From the NCBI GenBank assembly GCA_904063045.1, contig CAJFCJ010000005.1, forward strand, positions 4,121,689-4,185,688: a stretch of DNA of 64,000 nucleotides, given 5' to 3'. The notes under the pieces were generated by a model that worked only from the letters and a program-made list of their open reading frames with translations, had not been told where the DNA came from and searched no databases. Positions 39,929 to 51,499 of the stretch are shown in pieces. Made by a program: the position numbers and the translations under genes. Each line of letters begins with the position of its first letter. Within the stretch, counting starts at the first letter, position 1. This stretch comes from Dimorphilus gyrociliatus. Its lineage: Eukaryota > Animalia > Annelida.

Positions 39929-42809
39929 TTAGTCACTATCGTCTGACAATGATAGGTCTTCAACAATATCATCTTCATCGTCGTCATCATCATCGTCGTC
40001 GTCGCCATCGCCGTTGTCATCATCGTCCTCATTATCGCTGTCTTCGTCTTTGTCAAGTTTTCGTTTCTTTGCTTTTATAACGTTTTTTCCGTCGTCATAT
40101 TCAGCGTCGCTATCTTCATCAGAGCAAGATTGATCTAACTCTTCAAGTTCCTCATCATCTAAATCACTGTATAGGAAGGAGAAAAGGTTAGAAAAGTCAT
40201 CTTTATTGCATATATATTTTAAAATATGGATATATAAAATGGACTTGGAAGCGGAGATGGGAGGATTGAAGGAATCGTATATGTTTTACCTTCCTTAGTT
40301 TTGTATCGATTTTCTTATGAGATTTCTCTCATAAAAAAAAATCTAGATGTTTAGCCATCTAAGGCAGATTAAAAAAATAACGAAATGAAACAATTGATTA
40401 GTTAATTGATAGAGAGGTAGAATAAAAAAAAAAGTAAAAACTGACGTAAAACTACAGAATGCCGAGTTTGTAAAGAGACTCAGGTGCGAATGGGCAAATT
40501 TAATTACATATATATTCTTTTCATGAATATTTTTAGAATTCGATTGTTCTATTTCGCTCGAAATAATGTACAAACCTATAATCCTCATCACCATTGGCGA
40601 ATAGGGATTCAAATTCTTCTCTCTCAGCTTTTGTTGCTTTTCGCATCTTATTGTTAGACTTATCCTTAGAATTTCCAATTGCTAATCCTTCGCTTGTTGT
40701 TAATTCAATATTGCTACCGAATCTTAAAGCTAGTTGTTTGTCTCTAACTTTTCTCCATCCTTCGTAATACTTAGAAAAGACTGTGCCATCTTCCTTCCAT
40801 TTATTCTCTATTTGCTTAACACCTTCCGCATTTCTCAAGTCAATAGCTCCCCTTTTCCTTCTATTTGTTATATCTTTACAATTCTCTTCTACTTTATCAA
40901 TTATACTTTTCAATTTTTTTGTATAATTTGCTACTTTTACAGTTTTCGTTAATTTTTTTAGTTGCATTGATAATGGTAGAACTAGCTCTGGGAAAGCTAC
41001 AGAATGAGAATGGACCCGTAAGTGATCCATTAGAGCATCTATACATTCTTCTATTAAACCGTCCTTAAACGATCGTTCTTTCAATTGACTTTTAGATAGT
41101 TTTAGAATTGTAGACCAGTTAAAATGCTTTAATTCACCACTGCTCTGTGTTTTTGCATTTAAATCGACATTCTCTAATGATTCCAGGATATAGGGTAATA
41201 CGGGAATAAAAGTCTCAGTAGAGGATGATAATTCGTTAAGTAGTCGTATCATATGAAATCTGCAAGATGTAAGACATTGAAGCTAAGCAATTTTAATATT
41301 AATGTGAAACTTTACCTTAATGGATAGTATCTTGAAATGGGTAGTAATTTAATTATTCCAACTATGAGTTGGGTTAGGGGATAAATTAACGGTTTTAAAA
41401 TAGTCGAAGGATAGGTTCTTGACACTAAGAGTGTCCACAAAGATAAACTTTGAACATATTGCCAATTATATACACTCTCGTAGCTTTCTTTTTTCTTATT
41501 TGTTATAGCATTTCTTAGTAGAATTGCTAATTGCCTAATATATACAAAGGCATAATTATACGCTTTCTCTTGATTCATTGCAAACATCTCGGCTAAACTG
41601 CGTCTCATCATATTAACGGCGGGTAGAGAGTTAGCCGATATGAATTTACAATTAGAGACGTAGGAAGAATACATTGCTTTAAGAATGTAATCAGTTAGGC
41701 GTTTGTCAATTCTATTCATTCTTGCTAGGGTGAGCACGCAAGCCAACCTACAGCTATCTTCTCCTCTAGACCATATGCTAATTAGCTTTTTGATGGTTAT
41801 CTTTGCTGTTTTTGGTGTACTGCAAATATATGGAGCCATTACTGTTAGATGCTTTATTAATTGTAATTGTACATCGGGTTGAGAGGCAGAGATTAGTTGT
41901 AAAATACAGCTGATGTAGGTTTTTGCTGTTACTTTAAATTTATTCCATTTGGAAGAAGAAGATGCCAAATCAGTATCCCTCTTTGGGTGAAATTTCAAAA
42001 ACTTATTAAACGTTTCCGGAATGTCATTAATACAACAATCTAGAACCGATGTTATTGCTTTAGGAGCTGTTATTTTATAACTTGTTTCCAATTCGTTTGA
42101 TGTATAGTGCACGACAACAGCTTTTAAGGTCATTATTATTTCTTTAATGAAGGAATTGATGGACGAGTCTTTTCCATCTTCTAATCTTTTTTTCCACGAA
42201 AGTATATCGCTTGATTTGATCAATTTTTGTTTAGAAGCTTTTGTTTTCTTTGATAATATTACTTTATTTGCTCCTTCATTATCATCGTCATCGTCGTCAT
42301 CGTCGTCGACATCGTCATCTTCATTACTATCACTGTCATCGTCAGATATTTCGCTTAGTTTATCTGGTACCTCATGAACTCCTCCTTCTTCTTCCGAAAC
42401 ATTATCATCTTCGTCAATATCTTCAAAGTCTAATAATTCTTTATCCTCATTTTGAAGAAATTTATAGAATTCTGGATCTTTTTCTTTGATTTTATTGATT
42501 GTTTTAGATTTCGAAGAAGGCTTCTTTCTAAATGAACCAACGAAAAAATAAACAATATTAATTCTCGCTTTTTAATATTCTTTAATTTAGAAATAAAAGC
42601 GATTAATTAGCAAGGGGAGCCTATCTTTATGTTTTTATGTAATTGTCCTTTAATTGAAACGAGCACGTGCTTTTGATTGTGAACTTTATTATCGTTCTCT
42701 GAACTTTTAAGTTACAGATAGACAAATCGCTTAATTTTGCTCAAACATTTTAATAAACATGTAAATTTGATTTGCTAAATATAGTTTACCTCTTCCTTTT
42801 GTTTTCCAT
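39929..42809 (-). CDS. NOC2L: Nucleolar complex protein 2 homolog, multi-exon, acidic N- and C-termini
   Basis: KEKDPEFYKFLQ, KAMYSSYVSNCKF, NMMRRSLAEMF, YAFVYIRQLAILLRNAI, VYNWQYVQSLSLW, YPLTQLIVGIIKLLPISRYYPLR, SVAFPELVLP. Confidence 0.93.
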
Positions 42810-43383
42810 TGAGAAACTTATCCTAGAATACAGATAATCAGGCTGAATAGTAGTTTAGCTCAGATAACTGTTAAGCAAATTTCCAAAGACCGAATATAGG
42901 ATTATTAGCCTGAATAAAAAATATGCAGCAACTCCGTTGACTGTGGCGTCCCGTAGCGGCTGGAATCGAAACATAAGATTAATTGTTTTAAATAAAAAGA
43001 ATGATGTCTAGATGTCGCCAGTATATTTTCTTAAAAGATCTTCTTGGTAAAATAGTGTAACGCTTATAGAATTGGTGGCGGAAAGTAAAACATACATTTT
43101 TACGAAATTTTTACAAAAAGAGGTGAAAGTTTGTTTTTATGCAATAAAAATGCTATAAAAAGTATAAAATGATGAATTTTTAAATAATAAATTGAAATAT
43201 TATCTTTTTTGATCAATTACAATTAAACTAATCAATAATGCTTTTAAACTAAAAAGATTTCTCTGCAACAGGATCTTCTTACCACTTGATTATACATCTG
43301 TATATTTATACAATACATATATCTATATATAGATAAGGATCGAGACAGAATATATATATAATAAAATAAATGATCTAGCAAAC

Positions 43384-45466
43384 ATGCCGAATAAACCAAC
43401 CCTGGTTGTTAAACAACACATTCAAGGTTATTATTTTTTTAGCTTAATTATATTGGGAAAAAATAGTTAATAAATTAAAAATGATTATTTTTCAGCCTTC
43501 TCTAGGGGTATATCGATTTTAGCGTCCCTAGGAAATTATATTCATATGGAATTAAAAGCTACAGAGGTATAGTGGCCAATTAAATTTTTATGAATAAAGA
43601 AGGACAGACTTTATTTTTTTTTAAATTAAAAACAATACTCATGATATACATCCTATTAATCTATTTTTTATTGTTTTGCAGTTAATTTGTTCATCGACTA
43701 ATTCATCCCAGACTATTTGCATCAAGTTAACGTTCGATTGCGGTTTTTTCGAACAATTTGATATTTCCCACCAAACACAAGAGAGTTGTATATTAGCTCT
43801 TCCGTCTCGAGTACGTATATGAAAGAGAATAGAGAATAAGAAAGAGTGGGGGTGGGGGGGAAGGGAGGGGGGTTAAGAGAATAAAGAGTAATCTTTCCAT
43901 TTTTTACATTGTTACTTTACTGTTTTCCTCCTTGTAGGCAGTAAAAGCCGCGTTCAAGTTTAGTAAATATACTAATACAAGATTAGAGATGAACTTCGAA
44001 GATGACACTCGTTTAAAAATTAGGGCATTTAATCAATCGAAAGGTAAGATGAAGGGGAAGAGAGGAAATATATAAATGATTCCTTTCATGAATATTAGTT
44101 TTCTTTCTTTTATCATTTACCATTGGTAGGAGATGATAATGTGCCAGAATCGATACGAAATACTCATGTGAATTCAGTAAACGCTGATCTTCTTAAACCT
44201 GACTTTGATTTCAACGAAGCCAATCAACTAACTCTTTGTCAAGGCCAAGTTCTCTCAGATGTTTTAGAAATTTTTGATAAAGTTAACGATTTAGCTTTGG
44301 TTATGAATAATGATGGCTTAGTTATAGCTAATTACGCTATTTCACCGAATAGTAAGCTAATTTATAAGGAGAAGAAATGTAAACATTACTTAATCAATAA
44401 TAATTCTATTGCAGTTCCTATAAATTCTCGTTTTAGCTCAATTAGATCGAAGAGCCATATAAATATTAATGACTTTACCACTTACGTGAAAAGAAACAAT
44501 AAAGCAATTTGCTTCCCAGCAGTATTTCTTAAGGTTTTTATTTACCGATTATTTAGAGAATATGTATAAAAATAGATGTACAAAGTTGCTACTATATTTC
44601 CTTAATTTCATTTGATAAATGCTTTTTTCGCTACACTCCGCAACAACTTATAATTTTGTTTTTAATTTTAAAATGAAATATTCATAAAAGAAATTAACTG
44701 ACACCGCAGAAATGCAATTTATTTGTTAAAGATTTATAAGCCGCATTTCTCCAGGCGTCTCTTTATTGTGTCTAAAATTATGAAAAACACTTTTTTTTTC
44801 CTATCTGTAATTTTCTCTTTACGATCAACATTTCATGTTTGAAGTAATTCCTTTCAGAAATTTGTCAAATACTGCATAAGCTGGTCTATCAGTCTCTTTT
44901 ATAATTCTATCAGTGGAAAGTAAGTCATATAAATATATAAATTAAATTATATTCTATCCTATTTGAGGAGGCTAGGAACCGAATAAACCAAAACTATAGC
45001 TAAAAAAAATTTCTGAAATAAAGCACAAAATATATATTATAAATTAGCCTCGTTATCGTTCCCCTCCTCTATAAGGGCTTAGCTAAGACAAGTAGAATTA
45101 GTCTTTCTTTCATCGAACAGCCCGCTCTATGTTAAGGCTAACCCTGAAATTCCGATGCAAGCTGAAATGTACATAAGCGCTAAATGCTCCTCAACTGATG
45201 CGGCAAATGAAACGGAAGCTCCGACGTCTATAGGAGATCAAACGATGGTAGCCCTGAATGCAGACATGACCGTAATGGGAGAAAGAATCCCTACTACAAC
45301 AACTGTTAATGAAGAATTGGAACGCAGAAAACGTTACCATGTATCTGACACGAGTAGCGAAGAAGATTTTTCCGATGAAGATGAGTCAAGAGTTTCAATA
45401 TTACGAAAGATTAGAAGAAGAGAACAAAGATTTAGTAAAAAAGTTCCTATTCAACATACCCAATAA
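43384..45466 (+). CDS. RAD9: Divergent RAD9-like (9-1-1 PCNA-fold clamp) protein, 7 exons, ~386 aa
   Basis: Exons 43384-43426, 43496-43566, 43682-43810, 43938-44043, 44130-44533, 44858-44919 and 45121-45466 are all phase-compatible (1161 nt). Motifs FSRGISILASLG, STNSSQT, TFDCGFFEQF, IRNTHV, ININDF, AICF and SGNPLYV align in order with Rad9. The tail is acidic and Ser-rich. Confidence 0.65.
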
Positions 45467-45588
45467 TAATTAACTGATAATGAACATAATAGGGTAACAA
45501 AACAAAAAACAGACGTTTTATTTATACATACCTATACATTTATATTATAATATACATATATAAATATATATTTATTTATATATCTTTA

Positions 45589-47297
45589 TTACAAATTCTT
45601 TTGAAACCTTCGTTTGACAGTTTGTTTGTAGTTGGCATCTTCATCTTGTCCTCCTAGCAATTGTTTTAAAGACAAAAAAGAGATTAAAATTAATTAAATG
45701 TCTTTTTATATGGAAAGAAAATAGACAGAAAGATTACAAAGGATGTAAGAAGAATATATTAATGGAAAATTATCTTATTAAAATAGAGAAGATTATTTAA
45801 CGGGTCGCTAATGTTTACTTTTAATATTTACTATTTCATTATTAGTCCTAAATAATCTTTTACTTAAGTATTTTAGGACCGTCAAATAACCTCTCTAGAC
45901 GATAAAGTTGACTTAAGAGAAGTAAGAACATAAAGTACTTTTTAAGCGATTAATTCCAGAGTTGTATAGGCGCTTATTGCGGAATTCGGAAGCAGATTCG
46001 ATTGACGATTTTGCTCTATCAGCCACTTTCTCGATCAATACAGCTTGTATTCTAAAAGGAGAAGAAAAAGAAAAAAACAAATAACAATCTATTATTGTTA
46101 TATAATATCTTATTAATAGAGAAAAAAGGGGAAAAAATCAGTTGATAACTGCTTTCTTCTTTTCAACAGATTATCTTTATCATCTTACTTCTTTCTCTTA
46201 CGAAAAATTGATAAAAGGTCGAATCTTTTTGAGTAAGCTGCAAAGTTTTATACTATACAGTATATCTATTTATATATATATATATTAATATATATATATA
46301 TAGATATATAAAGGCATACAAAAGCATTCTACGTACTTCATAACTATTCTTTTCATTTAAAGTGTAACAGAGTCTAGAACTATTTTTATATAGGTTTTTC
46401 GTTATACGGCCCAGCCTCTATACTTGTAAATATAATCCCTTATTATTCTATATTTATTCACCAGCGTTACGTAGAAAAGGTAGAGGGGGCGGGGGTGTTA
46501 GAATGAATAGAAAAGAAATAGAACTCTAATTATATACTTTTTAGGCTCAACTTCTTGCGATTCTACTCCTTCCTCATCCTCTTCCTCTTCTTTATTTTTT
46601 CCAGTTTCTTCTCCTCTTTGAGCTTTTAACTTGTCCGCCTCAACAATTTCTTCTACACCATCAAGAATACCATCTGGTAGTGCCTCGACTAACTTGGTTC
46701 GTTTTTCTTCCTAATAAAATGAAATAATTGATGGTAAATACTTCTAAATCTAATTTTAAGCATCTCTTGTGGTGAAGTCTATAGCAATGAAAGAAAACAC
46801 TTGAGCTTTCTTTTCTCGCCCAAAAGAAAAAATAAATTTTTCATTATAAAAGTTACTAGAGTGGCTACCAACTGGCTTGCTAAGTAAATCCTTAGAGTAA
46901 TGATGAATCAAAAGTTTAATTAAGATGTTCTTACCTTCTGTTTTTCGAATAATTTCTGTCGATCTTGCCTTTTCTCTTTCTTTGCTTTTTTAGACGTTTT
47001 GAGTGCTTCTATAATATTTGCGAAACGTTCGCTAGCCGCTTTTTTACTAGCAGTTTTAGACACTTCTGCTGGAGCTTCGTCGTCCGAAGATTCGTCATTT
47101 TGCGTAGGATCACCTTCCTCGGCCGATTCGGCTTCATCTTCTTCGTCTTCGTCGCTACTTAATTCTTGACGATCAAACAGGTTTTCCTCTTCCGCATCAG
47201 TTTCACTATCGGCATCAGGAAAAACGGTTCTACGAGGCATGTTTTTGTGAAGCACGTGCGAGCCTACCGGATTGTTGGGTAATGCTAACATCCGCAC
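45589..47297 (-). CDS. NOL7: Nucleolar protein 7-like (acidic N-terminus, basic C-terminus); small 3' exons uncertain
   Basis: SSDDEAPAEVS, KKEKRQDRQKLFEKQK|EEKR...LPDGILD and ASEFRNKRLYNSGINR resemble NOL7 (APEELTF, KEKRKRREELFIEQK, LPDTILE, FIHNSLYGPGTNR). The start may be 47240. Confidence 0.55.
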
Positions 47298-48727
47298 GGC
47301 ACCTAGCGTAGGCGTGGAAAAGTGTAAAGTCGAGTCCTTGTTAAATACAAGGTGGTGTAGATGATGAGGTCGAAAAAATGATTATATTTTTCTTCCTATT
47401 ATTATTTATATCCTTATTTCTCTTTGTCAACTCGTAGAATTTATATTGATAGATTGAACGTCAAAAATGACCTTTGAAGATAGGATAAACAAGATTAACC
47501 TAATTATTAAAATCTCATGTCTCTTCATGAAATTCAATAAAAGTCTTAATTGTTTTTTTTTTGTTAGCTGTTTACCCCATTTCCCAGGACTGTCGGAGTT
47601 AAACTGATAAATATTTTAAAAGTCTAACTATACGTCGTGAGAAATTTATATCAAATTGACTACATAAAGCTTTAGAAAAGGAGAATAAAAAGAATTAAAT
47701 ATGAGAATAGAATTTACATGAGGATTTATTAATAAGATTTATGTAAACGTCAATGAACTTTGATATTGGTTTACAAAGTTTATTTGTCCTTTTATTGGAG
47801 TGAAATAAAGAGAGAGAGAGAGACAGAGAGAGGCAGAAAAGGGAACAGGAAACTTCTCTTGCAAAATGCAGTGTCTAACTATATCTTTTAATTGTTTTTG
47901 TATTAAAAAGCGCATGTTACTTGTTTTTGTTTAGTTCTTTTTATTAAAGCCATATAATTATCTCAATAAGCAGGAAAAAAGAAAGTAAAGGAATTCTCTT
48001 AGAAGAAGTAAAGGGAAAAAAAGTTACTGCCGTTCTCCTCACGTTTAATCTTCCGCTGCCAACTCCAAAAGGATATTAATTACTTTAAATTAATGCTTCA
48101 TAGTATGACTGAACGTAGACGGTTATTTGGATGAATAATAATAATACAATTAATTTTTCGTATGCAGGTCTACTACTTTTTTTATAATTAATTAGTCAGA
48201 TCGATTGTCGAAGCGACGCAAATCGATTTAAAGAGGAAGAGATAGAATGAGTGAATAAGGGAGGGAGAGAGAGGACGTTAGCAAATGGTAGTTAAGGTGG
48301 TAATGTTGATAAGGGAATAAGATGAGAGAGTGAAAGAATAAAGAAGAAAGAATGATATATAACTAGCTTTATTGCGGGGTTACAAAATACATTATAAAAT
48401 TGAAAAGAGAGTTAATTTAAAGATTAAGAAAAGAAAAGGATAAATTTAGCGTCTAAAAAAAACCTTAATAAGATTGTAAACATGATTTGCAATTAAGATA
48501 TGCAAGTTTAGCAATTCTACTTTAAGGACAAAAGTGCGTTGCACCCTAAAGCTAATTAGTAATCAAGCATAACTATAAATGACCAGTCTTATACAATAGA
48601 AAATAGCAATTATAACAGCGGTACCAGTGGTTTCAACACTAACCAACCCTACTAAATATATACATTTAAGTGTATTATTCATTCGACTAGTAATTATCTT
48701 GGGGGTTTTGGTTTTCATATTACTTTA

Positions 48728-48729
<2 letters not shown>

Positions 48730-48768
<39 letters not shown>

Positions 48769-48832
48769 TAGATAGATAAAGAGATAGAGAAAAACAGAAA
48801 TGAGAGGTAAACACATATGGTACACGTGTGCG

Positions 48833-48870
<38 letters not shown>
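48730..48870. repeat. Inverted (AG)n/(CT)n fold-back: 38-bp arms, 65-nt loop
   Basis: 48730-48767, (AG)n-AATG, is the reverse complement of 48833-48870, CATT-(CT)n, with one G-T pair. Confidence 0.8.
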
Positions 48871-48875
<5 letters not shown>

Positions 48876-49472
48876 GCTAATTTTTGTAATATTTCTCCAA
48901 TAAAATAAGCTACTATTACCAAATAGCAATGATGTATGACAGATAGTTGAGAAACACTGTCGGATAGACGATTAAGTAGACACTAACGATTTTCCGATCA
49001 ACGTTTAAAAAACATAAAAAACGGTTTTTTTTTCCTCGTTTAGTTTATCTCTTTTCATCATTTAGAGAAAATATTTATGATATGGAAAAGAGAAAAGAAA
49101 AGAAAAAGAAGACGAAAACTATTCTTTACGAGAATAAAGGACTGACGATTCTTTTTTTTTGTGTAGAGGCTAATAATTTTCCTTTGCGCATATAAGTAAT
49201 TAGCAACGCTTCCTTCTTTGTCTTCCCTTTTTCTTCTCCTATGTAGACGAAGTGCATATTAATATCAGTAGTCACTCGTCTTGGTTACAATCTCGCTTCT
49301 ACGTCACTTAAAGAACGAACAATTTATAAAAGAATTCTTTATATGCACTTAGGCAATTCTAAATATGGTTTACAGTACGTTTATACAGTACACTTCTAGC
49401 ACTTTTTTTTTCATGTGTCAATAGATTGTCTTTTATTCGTATATAATGACGTGGGTTGGTTCTTAATATAAA

Positions 49473-50375
49473 TCATTTTGGTGTAGGGAAGGATGGAGGA
49501 TCCTTTATCATATTAAGCGGGCTGCCTCCTACACCAGCTGTTGGTCCTCCTACGTAGGATGGATACCAAACATTTCCTCCCGAACTTAATCTCCTCTCGT
49601 CCAGGGTACTATTGTTGTTAGGCGAACTGGGCGTTGGTTCGTATCCATTGTTGTTGTCATTGGTTTGCAATTGCCATGCCCATGCTGCTGTACTTTTTTC
49701 TTTGAACGAAGGGTTTTTCAGCATTAGAGCTGGATGACCTTCGATAAAGGCCTGGTTTGTTGACTTTGCCAAAGGACCGGTTTTTAGGATTTGGGAGTGT
49801 CTGTGTAAATTTTCTTCAATATTCACTTCGGCTAAGTTGATTACGGGTTCGTTTCGATTATCTTCGAACGATGATTCGGAGGCAATCGATGAAAAAGAAG
49901 GCCCATTTAAAGCCTGTCTCCTCTTGTACATAAAGAAGAGAATACCAATTAACGTAACAACAAGTATAGAAATTACAGTGATCATTGCAAGAGCCAAACT
50001 CGTCATTTTTGTATTCGAACAATTATAGCCAGAAAATTCCTTTTGACATTCGCAACGATATCCTGTACTGCTATTCTCAGAAAAGCATAATCCACCATTT
50101 TCGCACGGTTTATCAACGCATGAACGTCCTATAAATATAGAATATACAATTTACAACAAACTTTTTTCTTCGTATAAAAAGTAGGTGTAGAGTAATGGAA
50201 AGTTTGAAAGAAAAAGAAGATAATGATGATAATGATAATGATGAACAAGAACAAGAACAAGCAGAAGAATATATATTTAATTGTTTTTAGTAATTAAGCC
50301 AGCATTTTCATTAATACCTGACACCCGTATAATAATCAAAGTTAGAATTACACCAAGAAATAGATTATCCGCCAT
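49473..50375 (-). CDS. Uncharacterised single-EGF type I membrane protein, 2 exons, ~237 aa
   Basis: Exon 50375-50318 encodes the signal peptide MADNLFLGVILTLIIIRVSG. Exon 50128-49473 encodes the EGF domain CVDKPCENGGLCFSENSSTGYRCECQKEFSGYNC, the TM segment ALAMITVISILVVTLIGILFFMY, a KRR stop-transfer and a ~155-aa tail. Confidence 0.8.
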
Positions 50376-50664
50376 CTATTTGATTGCTAAAAGCCTCAAC
50401 TCGTCCAAAAAGTCGCCTTCTACCCTTATGCCCTTCTATTTCTTTTACTCCGTTCTTTATATAGAGTAGCTATGAGGGTGAAAGAGCGAGTGTCGCCCCC
50501 GCAATATTTGATAGGGATAATACAGGCCTATAAGTTAATACGTGATGACCTAGCACAAAGCTTAATATTTATTATGGAAATATAAAAATCTGTTTACCTA
50601 TTTAAACAGTTTTTTGTATTTGTTATTCGCATAATTTATATTGAGAGAAGATAATTGAATAAGA

Positions 50665-51459
50665 TTACATTTGTTTTTCAGCCTTTTCTGACTTGTTGTA
50701 AATAGTAGATGGAAGTCGGTGTCTTTTATCATCGTATGCAACGTTTTGAATTATACAACGTGCATAATAGAGAAATTTGACAGTCATTTGCCACCACCAC
50801 CTGATATTTAGTAAGTCTAAAACGACACTGGAACTTAGGATTAAAACCCATACAATCTTTATCGACCAGCCTTTCTCCCAATGAATATAGGTGTTAAACC
50901 AAAAGATTGGGATAAGTAATATTCTACACATGGTAAATACTGCATACGTTAAGAGTTTTGCGGCAACGCTATCTTCGGATATTTTGGATGCTTTTAGGAA
51001 CCAATTGGCATGAACAAACGGTGTCGAAGCTTCACTTAGAGTCTTGATGGATGTAAACCATGGGCAGAAACGGCCTTCTCTCATGCAGTACAGCGATGTT
51101 AAAGCTACGCTAAGATGATGAATGTAGAAGAGTGAAGAACGGTCGCCTACAGAGTACATAATAACGATATCGACCAACATGAAGGCGCAGGCGATAGACG
51201 CTAATTGTCTTATACTCCAACTGTCTCCTAAGACTGGCTCCTTTATAACTGCTTCGTCATATAGTAAAATCCAAGTGGCTAGCAAGGAGACAACAATGGC
51301 GTGTATAGTCGAAACGACATTCTCACTCCAAATCATCTTCTGATGTTTATCCAATTTCCTATATGAATCTGACGTGACTGACGATAGCCACGGAATAATT
51401 ACTTTAAATAATAGCCAAAGAATAACGCAATAGGTTGTCATATAGGGAAAGCAATTCAT
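50665..51459 (-). CDS. TLCD4: TLC (TRAM/LAG1/CLN8) domain protein, TLCD4/TMEM56-like, single coding exon
   Basis: WSENVVSTIHAIVVS, FYIHH, SEASTPFVHANWFL and FTMCRIL TLC-domain motifs in a multi-TM protein. Confidence 0.75.
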   Translation of the reverse strand: MNCFPYMTTYCVILWLLFKVIIPWLSSVTSDSYRKLDKHQKMIWSENVVSTIHAIVVSLLATWILLYDEAVIKEPVLGDSWSIRQLASIACAFMLVDIVIMYSVGDRSSLFYIHHLSVALTSLYCMREGRFCPWFTSIKTLSEASTPFVHANWFLKASKISEDSVAAKLLTYAVFTMCRILLIPIFWFNTYIHWEKGWSIKIVWVLILSSSVVLDLLNIRWWWQMTVKFLYYARCIIQNVAYDDKRHRLPSTIYNKSEKAEKQM

Positions 51460-51499
51460 TTTCCCCCCAATATCGTCCTCTCTTGATCTCTCTCTCTCC

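Noticed and set aside
39814-42489. His/Arg- or Ser-rich plus-strand ORFs
   Set aside because: Antisense reading of the NOC2L Asp/Glu codon runs.
49473-50128. Calling the EGF-TM protein an EGFR ligand
   Set aside because: Cys spacing and the missing GxRC arginine do not fit.
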